Under the pieces are notes generated by a model. It did no database searches. It was given only the letters and a program-made list of their open reading frames with translations, and was not told the DNA's origin. Shown here piece after piece: positions 57,313 to 64,000 of a stretch of 64,000 bases of DNA. Source of the DNA: Naegleria gruberi (Eukaryota). Made by a program: the position numbers and the translations under genes. Numbering within the stretch: the first letter of the stretch is position 1; each line of letters starts with the position of its first letter. The stretch lies in assembly GCA_000004985.1 (NCBI GenBank), contig GG738859.1. One strand, given 5' to 3'.

Positions 57313-58623
57313 ATGTCAACACCAAAATTGTACAAATACAGAAATCACAAAAAAGCTTCAAACAACAAAAAAATGTCCACAACAGAATCCAAGTCAATTT
57401 TCTCCAGAATTATTTCATACATTACCTCATGGTTTATGTATATTGTTCAAGCAATTTATTCTCTCTACAAGGATGAATTAGAAAGACAGTCACGAGACGA
57501 AACTGACTATAAAAAGTGGAAACTCTACGAAGAAATACAAAGAAACCAAGAACAACCTCAACAATATGATGAAGAAAGTGTTCTCGGAGGAACTTGTCCT
57601 TCTACAAGCACAGTTTCCATACAAGAACTAAAATCATCTTCGGAGAAGGAAGACGAAACTACAAAGATAGCAATTGAAGAAGATAAGAAGACTACCACTT
57701 CTCCTATTAAACAAGAAATTCCTGTCACTTCCTCTGTTACAGAAAAGGTTGTAGAGAAGGAAGAATCTCCAATGGTTGTCATCATCAAACCTAAAGTTGT
57801 CATCAGTGAGCCAACACCAATTGTTGAAAAGAAACCAGTAGAACAAGATAACAAACCTGTCATCACCAAACCAATCAATCCAATTATTGAAGAAACAAAG
57901 AAGATTCCAAATGAAACTGTCATCCAATCATCACCTCCTAAACCTGTCAAAGAGCCAGTTGCTGCCACAACTAAAATTACTCCAAAATCGACAAGTAATA
58001 GTACTAACAATGTTGCCACTCAACCAACAACTACTGCAACACCAGAAAAGCAATCAAAACCTGCTGAAATTTCAGGACTCATTGGAGAACGTTTAAAGAT
58101 GAAGAAGTTTAGAAACTTTTCTGGAAATGCATACAATTCCTTAATCAAACCAAGTAGTAAGGAAGATGCAAACAATAAGAAGGAAGTTACATCTAGTACT
58201 ATCACTACTCCAGTCGCTTCAACTCAAGAGGTAATTCAACAATCTAATAACCAACTCATTCAAAGAAAGTTGAGTTCCAAACCAAAGAAGGTTTCAAGAC
58301 GTCCTTCTCAACAAACCATCAAGCATTCAGATATTTTGGCAAAATTAGAAGAAGAAGCAACTATTGACTTGCCAGATGTTGAAAAATTCAAAGAATTGGA
58401 AGAATTTTCTCAATTGGAAAAGAAGGTTGGTCTCGAAAATGCAATCAAACAAACGAAGGAAAAGAAGAGTACAACTGCTCCACCACCTCCACCTCTTTCT
58501 CAAGTTGTAAATGTAAATACTAATGATGCCTCTCCATCCAAAACAAAGAGTGCTAAGGTCACACTTGATGCCATCTTGAATGCCAAGGGTTCACTCAGAA
58601 AAACCACTGAAGAATGGAAGTGA
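57313..58623 (+). CDS. Hypothetical disordered protein with N-terminal hydrophobic anchor, poly-Pro and a C-terminal WH2-like actin-monomer-binding motif
   Basis: The 436-aa ORF has a hydrophobic N-terminal segment SIFSRIISYITSWFMYIVQAIYSLY. It is P/T/K/E-rich in the middle. Near the end it reads TAPPPPPLSQ... followed by SAKVTLDAILNAKGSLRKTTEEWK*, which fits the WH2 pattern LLxxIxxGxxLKKT. Confidence 0.4.
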   Translation: MSTPKLYKYRNHKKASNNKKMSTTESKSIFSRIISYITSWFMYIVQAIYSLYKDELERQSRDETDYKKWKLYEEIQRNQEQPQQYDEESVLGGTCPSTSTVSIQELKSSSEKEDETTKIAIEEDKKTTTSPIKQEIPVTSSVTEKVVEKEESPMVVIIKPKVVISEPTPIVEKKPVEQDNKPVITKPINPIIEETKKIPNETVIQSSPPKPVKEPVAATTKITPKSTSNSTNNVATQPTTTATPEKQSKPAEISGLIGERLKMKKFRNFSGNAYNSLIKPSSKEDANNKKEVTSSTITTPVASTQEVIQQSNNQLIQRKLSSKPKKVSRRPSQQTIKHSDILAKLEEEATIDLPDVEKFKELEEFSQLEKKVGLENAIKQTKEKKSTTAPPPPPLSQVVNVNTNDASPSKTKSAKVTLDAILNAKGSLRKTTEEWK

Positions 58624-58897
58624 AATTGTGATTATGCATTAGCTGTTGTAACTGCACAATCTTTTTATTGGGGTGGTGATGGTTATATTGACTACTCTCG
58701 CAAATAGTGAATGTTAATGAATATCTACAAATAATCGTTAAATTATATTAATAATAATATAATACTATTATATTATTTAAATATTGGAGTAAAGTAACAC
58801 GGAGCAAATTCAACACAATGTTAAATAATAAATTAAAATGTTGTTACAAATAGGTGCTACACAATAATTGTGAGTGATGAGAAGGTGTAAAAGATTT

Positions 58898-59155
58898 TTA
58901 CATTATTGTACAAAACCAACAACATCCTTCACTCTTTCCTTGATATTCCACAGCATCACGATGATGATCCTCTAAATTTACTTTCCGATAATTATCATTT
59001 TGATCCGATGATGTATTTTCATAGCGTGAGAATGTTGGACGTTCTCCACGTGGAGTCTGAGCAACTTCATCGCCAAGGTCAAAAGGTGTTGAAATGTTGT
59101 GCTTTCTTGTCATGTTTGTGTGGCAATTAATTATTGGCGAGTGTTGGCTGTTCAA
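58898..59155 (-). CDS. Small ORF (85 aa) ending in a CaaX-like prenylation box (…GCCWFCTIM*)
   Basis: The C-terminus is ...YQGKSEGCCWFCTIM, then stop (a Cys cluster plus CTIM). It lies in AT-rich DNA downstream of the minus-strand PEVK-like gene's stop. It may be independent or non-coding. Confidence 0.2.
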   Translation of the reverse strand: MNSQHSPIINCHTNMTRKHNISTPFDLGDEVAQTPRGERPTFSRYENTSSDQNDNYRKVNLEDHHRDAVEYQGKSEGCCWFCTIM

Positions 59156-59317
59156 AGTTGTGTGGATTTTTTAAGCTGTGTTTGAATTGACATGCTCCAA
59201 TTATCTTCAAATTAGTTTTGCTTTTAGTGTGTTAAAATGTTTGAACGGAAAATCATTCATTAACATGCAGCCATTTTGGACTGGATTCACTGAGATTCAC
59301 TTTGAAAATCTGTGTGT

Positions 59318-62300
59318 TTATTCATCATCAGAATCGTCTAGCAATAAATCATCAACAGTTTTAACCACTCGTGTTGGTTTCTTCTGGGTTGGAATGACGA
59401 CTGCAGTTGATCTTTTACGAGATGAGGTTGGGATGGCAGTTCCTGTAAAGCTACCAATTGCGTTTCTTCTCGTTTTAATAACCTTTTGTGTACTTGTTGC
59501 CGAGGAGACTGATACAGTTGAGGGTGGCTCAGAAATTGGAGAAACAGTTTCAACAGCTGGAGCACTTGTTGGCTTTTCCTCTTGTCTTTTCTTAGCATAT
59601 GAAGTGAGTAAAGAACCCAAATCATCGTCATCATCATACTCAACTTGATCGATTTTTGACTTTTCTTCTTTAAGAATTGATTTTACCATGTCATCATCTT
59701 CATCTTCAGAGCTTGAATCATCAGTTTTGGATTTCACATTTCCATTGGTTGCTGTTGGTGGCTTCACTTGGGCTGATGTGATTGGTTGTTGAGGTAGAAT
59801 AGTTTCTTCATCATCATATTCAGTATCTTCATTCATTTCCTGTTGTTGCTGAAGGGCTAAGAGTTCTTTAAGCACTCGCTCAGTATCATCTTCATCATCT
59901 TGTTCAATTGCTGGACTTGGAGTTAAAGCAGGTGACATGACTGCAATGTCCTTATTTGGTGATGAAAAATTAACTGTTGAGCTAGGAAGAGCTGGCTTTG
60001 GCTGTTCTTGTTGTACTTCTGGAACCACTTGTTTTGGTACAGGTTCTGGTTCAGGTACTGTGGATTGGTTGTGGAGTAGTATTGATTATTGGCTCAACAA
60101 TTTCTTTTGTTTCAGGAATAAATATTTCTGGTTCCTCCTTGGTGGCTGTAACCTCCACTACTGGAATTACAGGAATAAAGACTTGTTTTTCTGCTTCTTT
60201 TGGTTGTGGAACAATTACTGGCTCGGCATCTTGTGTATCCTTAAGAGTTTCAGGAATTAATTCTGGTGTGGTTACAACTTCAATTGATGGCAATTCTGTA
60301 GTAATTAATTTTTCAATAACTTGTTCTGGAATAATTGGTTCCTCTTGTTTTGGTTCTTCCTGAGGCATAGTAGAAATAGACACAATTGGAATTTCAACAA
60401 TCACTTCCTCAGGTATTGTTGGAGCTGTTACAATTTCTGGCTCACTAACAATTTCACTTTTAACTGGTTCATCCACAACAGAAATAACAGGAGTGCTTTC
60501 CACTACTACAGGTTCAGGAATAGTCGACTCAGTTGGTGTATTCTCTGTTTCGGCGACAATTTCACTTTCAGGAGGCACAATAACCTCTGGCTCTTTAACT
60601 TCTTGTTCAATGATTTTGTCTTCTTCTGTTGGTATTATTGGCTCTTCAATATAAACTGGAGTGTGAGCTGCTACTGGAGGTAAACTTTCTACAATTGGTG
60701 TTTCTGTAATTATTGGAGTTTCATCTTGTACTTTAGGCTCCTCAATAATTACTGGAACAATCAACCCAGGAATTAATGATTCAACAGATGCAATAGGAGT
60801 AGAGATTACAGTTTCAGAAGGTTTCTCCTCAGTTGTGGTAACTGAAGGCTCTTGAACAATTACCTCTTCTTTGACAGCCATTGGTGAAGTGTTTTGCTCT
60901 GGTAGTGGGCTTATTGGTGGAGTAGATACATTTGGTGATTCAGTTTTAACAGAAATATCTTGAGTTGGTGTTGCAGTAATAACAGGAGTGACAGTCAACT
61001 CATCGCCATAACCCTCATCGTCATAGGATTCGACTTTTGATGGCTCAACCGGTGTAGAAACCACAGACTTTGGCTCAATTACAAATTCCTCTTTGTGATC
61101 ACTGAAAGCAACTGCCTTCTTTTTCTTTGATGAGATTACGAATGATTTTCTTGTAGTTGGTACTGTAGTGGTTGGTGAGCTAGCGACTGGTGTGGTTGGT
61201 GTTTCCTTATTGTTTGGAACTTTCTTGATATTGGAAATTACCTTCTTTGATCCTACAGTAATTGGTTCAATGCTTGGAGTAACAGCATCCTCAACGATTG
61301 GGGATGAAACTGTTGTTTCTTCTTGAAGTGGAATTTGAGGAGTTGGCGTCTCTTCCTTTGTTGGAGTGTTGGTTTCGAATGAGCTTTCGTCTAAATGTTT
61401 TGCTGGTACATTTTGAGTATTTGATTCCTCCTCTTCGTCAGTAAGATCAAAATCAGAATCCTCATCTTTCTTTGGTTGAGTTTGTGGTTCTTCAACTTTC
61501 TTCAATGAGGCAAATGTTGTAGAGCTAGTAATTGGTCCAAATTCAATTACATCAGAAAGTGTAGAAGCAAGAAAATCTCTTTCCTCTTGTGGAATTCTCA
61601 TAGAACTTCTATTCTTAATTTGAGCAACATCTTGATCCTTCTTTTTGAACATTTTGAAAACTGACTTGGCTTTTGATCTTCCTTTTGGTTCATCAGTTGC
61701 CAAATTAATAATTGGCATTGAATTGACTTTTTCATGATGTTTAGGTGTTGAAGCTGGCTTGCTAGATTTCTTACTTCTTGGTGTCTCCTCATCTCCACTG
61801 AATGTTCCAAAGTCAGAATCTGAGCTCTGTCCAGGATCATTGAATGGTGCAATGACTTTCAACTTTTCTGGAGTAACTCCTGGTAATAAAGTTTCTTGTT
61901 CATCGAAAGAATCAAAATCAGAGTCAGATCTCGCAGCACTAACAACTGTAACTTGATTTTCAATATTTTCTTCATCAACAATTGATTGTGTTCCAATAAT
62001 AGAGGTTGCCATTGCATTTTGTAATGCAGATGAAACTTCAGGTGTTTCTGTTTCTATTTCAGGTGTTTTAGGTGTTGTTGGTTCAGGTGTCTTTTCTTTA
62101 ACAACGATTGGTGCTGATACGCTTGTTGGTTGTACCACAGGTGGTTTCTCAGGTGTAGCTTTGATTTCTTCATCTACCTCACCACTCTTAGCAAGTAATT
62201 CCTTTAGAATATCATCCTCGTCATCGTCATCTTCAATTGGTTCTGGCTTCTTTGGTTCAACAGGTGGCTTTTCAGGTGTTGCTTCTTTTTTGGTTGCAGC

Positions 62301-63905
62301 AACTACTACTGGAACAAGAATAGGAGTAAGATTGAGTGGATTAGTAGTAGCTGCTTGTTCTGCCTTCTTTGGTTCATTGAATTGAGTTGCTGAACGATCT
62401 CTTTCACCGGTAACATTTGAGGTTGCTAAAACGGTTGTAGTTGGACTAATGAAAGTTCTTCCTCTAGATCTGAGAACACTCTCCTTTCTCTTCTTTGTCT
62501 CTGCATCATCGTTCTTTTCGTTCAGAAGGGATTCCAATAAATCGTCGTCATTGAGATATTTCTGCATGTTGGTTTCTGGAATTGGAACTGAAAATTTCTT
62601 TTCAGGAGGGGTTGAATTTGCTTCTGGTTGTTTAACAGTATCCTTTCTTCTAATTATATTAATGGTAGCTCTCTTATTTATCATGGAGCCGACAGCATCT
62701 CCAGCTGTCTTTTCCAACTCTGATCTCAAAAAGACTCCCTTATTTCTCTTTCTATTACTGTTGATATTTTGAATTTCTTCATCTGAGATTTTGAGTGAGG
62801 TTTCATTCTCTACCTTTTCTAATTCTTTCAATTCGGCAATTTTAGCTGAATAGTGTTGCTTAATATTTCTGTGTCTCTTTTGGATTCTACTTCTCTTGTC
62901 AGAGTCGCTGGCACTATCTGATTTTTCTTGCTCTCCATACTTGAAAATTGATTGATTGACCACCAAGGAAACATTCAAGAAATCACTTCTTGGTTCCAAA
63001 TTCAAAGATTTGGCAATCAGAGCATCGCTTCCATATTTAGTTCCCTTTGCCTTGATAAATGAAAGTCCTCCCACTTCAGTAGCTCCATACTTTTCAAAGT
63101 TTGGAGTGTCTGCAATACCAAACACTGGATGGACTTCAAGAACTGGCATTTGTTTGTTGCCCAATCTTGAAATTCTTTTCAAGTCCATACTTGCGAAAAA
63201 GTCCTGTTGATGATTTTTAGCTCTAGGGGTTGCTGCAACCATGTCTTCACTAGAGGAGGGATCACTCTTCTTCTTTATCTTTCCAAGTAAAAAGTCGCTG
63301 AGACTATTCATGGCCTTGTTTTGTGAAGAATTCTTCTTGAGCTTGTTCATAAAATCTTCCAATTCTTGCTTGTCCTTATTTTGAGTTGTCTTCTTGATTT
63401 GTTCAGTGAGGTTTTGCTTTGGTGTCAGAGTAATTTGTTGGTTCTTTTCATCGAGATAGCCCATTTCATTTAGTAAACTTAACCACTTAGTACCACCATC
63501 ATTTCTCAATTGGCCTAAGAGTTCAATAACCTTTGTTGACCTTTCTTCAAGTTCTGGAAATTCTTCCTTGACTTTCTTTGCATCTTCTTCTGGATTGGAT
63601 TGAACTTTTGACGGAGCATTCTTTGAATATTCAGGAATTTCATTGAAAACTCTTTTCTTTTTCTTTTTAGATTTCTTATTCTTTCCTTCCTTCTTTTTCT
63701 TCTTCTTTTCCTCTTTAACTTGTTTGACTTCTTCTTGGATGAGTGATTTGGAACTGCTACTCTTCTTGATTTGTTTTCTCAAATCCACAAAGTTATCATT
63801 TTCAATATCAGCATCACTACCATCAGTGTCACTCATACTGCCATTTTGCGAACTGGTATCAGTGGCTGTTGAAGAACCTGTTTGTGAGAGATTGAGAATA
63901 TCCAT
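59318..63905 (-). CDS. Giant low-complexity Pro/Glu/Val/Lys/Thr/Ser-rich (PEVK-like) intrinsically disordered protein; two ORF segments separated by a frame break
   Basis: ORF 60051..63905 (1,284 aa) begins MDILNLSQTGSS..., with a basic poly-K block and a globular-looking segment (GLSFIKAKGTKYGSDALIAKSLNLEPRSDF). About 800 aa of degenerate P/E/V/I/T repeats follow (TPEKPPVEPKKPEP, EPVVVESTPVISVVDEPVKSEIVSEPEIV...). ORF 59318..60028 (236 aa; VPEVQQEQPKPALP...DDLLLDDSDDE*) continues the same composition in another frame. The junction (~60028-60051) is a -1/+1 frame change with no obvious GT...AG intron. Confidence 0.6.
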
Positions 63906-64000
63906 GATGTCCTTCTTCAGATATTTGACACCATCTAGAACAAATTCTTCACTAATATTTCTTCTGAAATAGGACAGAATAGTTCTGTGGTAATTTCCAT

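Noticed and set aside
1-64000. Search for prokaryotic-style features (CRISPR arrays, defence operons, IS elements, rho-independent terminators) and for tRNA/rRNA genes in intergenic DNA
   Set aside because: Spliceosomal introns with GTAAGT donors, poly-Ser/Asn/Gln tracts and eukaryote-only genes (dynein heavy chain, IFT27, CENP-C, U1A, PP2A-B55) show this is eukaryotic nuclear DNA. No direct-repeat/spacer arrays, terminal inverted repeats or transposase-like ORFs were seen. Intergenic segments lack cloverleaf-compatible tRNA box A/B and T-loop sequences (no GGTTCGA-type T-arm).

Overview
This window is an AT-rich, very gene-dense stretch of eukaryotic nuclear DNA, not a prokaryotic island. 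Long single ORFs are interrupted by a few very short (about 36-60 nt) GTAAGT...AG introns. Intergenic DNA is extremely A+T-rich and short. The standard genetic code is used (TAA/TAG/TGA stops). About 33 protein-coding genes can be supported. The best-supported calls include an axonemal inner-arm-type dynein heavy chain (about 4,090 aa, four P-loops), the ULK4 pseudokinase, IFT27, PP2A-B55, CLEC16A, mitochondrial GatB, RPS26, PARP16, AK6/Fap7 and CENP-C; features lists the remaining calls, including U1A/U2B'', a divergent SMC, a PRA1 family protein and a SCAMP-like protein. The gene content (axonemal dynein, IFT27 and ULK4 alongside mitochondrial presequences and GatB) indicates a flagellated, mitochondriate unicellular eukaryote. 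The taxon cannot be fixed from the sequence alone. No rRNA, tRNA, CRISPR, transposon or prokaryotic defence-type system was seen. The most unusual elements are: (1) a DUSP-fold pseudophosphatase with Cys->Ser and His->Gln in the active site; (2) a 1,140-aa protein with two degenerate kinase domains; (3) a giant PEVK-like disordered protein with an internal frame break; (4) a 42-nt in-frame intron hidden inside the dynein ORF; (5) convergent gene pairs whose stop codons lie 0-13 bp apart and a divergent pair whose ATGs lie 27 bp apart; (6) a local concentration of cilium/flagellum genes. All coordinates come from reading the ORF track and splice signals by eye; intron boundaries are approximate to within a few nucleotides.
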